From Callorhinchus milii (Eukaryota), in contig NW_024704742.1 in NCBI RefSeq assembly GCF_018977255.1, positions 97,528,001 through 97,592,000 on the forward strand: a stretch of 64,000 bases of DNA, read 5' to 3'. The notes under the pieces are model-generated. The model was given only the letters and a program-made list of their open reading frames with translations. It was not told the DNA's origin and made no database searches. Shown piece by piece: positions 63,983-64,000 of this stretch. The stretch's first letter is position 1. Each line of letters starts with the position of its first letter. A program made the position numbers and the translations under genes.

Positions 63983-64000
63983 ACACCACTGAGCTACAGG

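Overview
This is eukaryotic, AT-rich, repeat-dense vertebrate DNA. The repeat complement (CR1 and L2 LINEs, a tRNA-headed SINE with an L2-type tail, Deu-type SINE remnants, a Penelope-type end) points to a cartilaginous fish, plausibly a chimaera such as Callorhinchus; this is inferred, not verified. The window looks mostly intronic for an unidentified + strand host gene, seen as small exons with good splice sites (3057-3095, 7532-7579, 13528-13560, plus weaker candidates) and a probable alternative terminal exon/3'UTR (12126-~13220). Main elements: a young 5'-truncated CR1 with an esterase-type ORF1 remnant and an ORF2 broken by one frameshift; a full-length decayed hAT (Charlie/GTF2IRD2-like) transposon interrupted by a SINE; two solo LTRs with target-site duplications (TSDs) and a third candidate; a long-TIR MITE with fold-back ends; a degenerate minimal hammerhead ribozyme; and several templated or inverted duplications. 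There is no CRISPR array or prokaryotic system, and I cannot claim a clearly new biological system. The best leads are the micro-exon host gene, an unidentified decayed coding fossil at ~660-2870, an apparently unnamed composite SINE, and complex integration scars. Coordinates were read by eye; old repeat boundaries are approximate.
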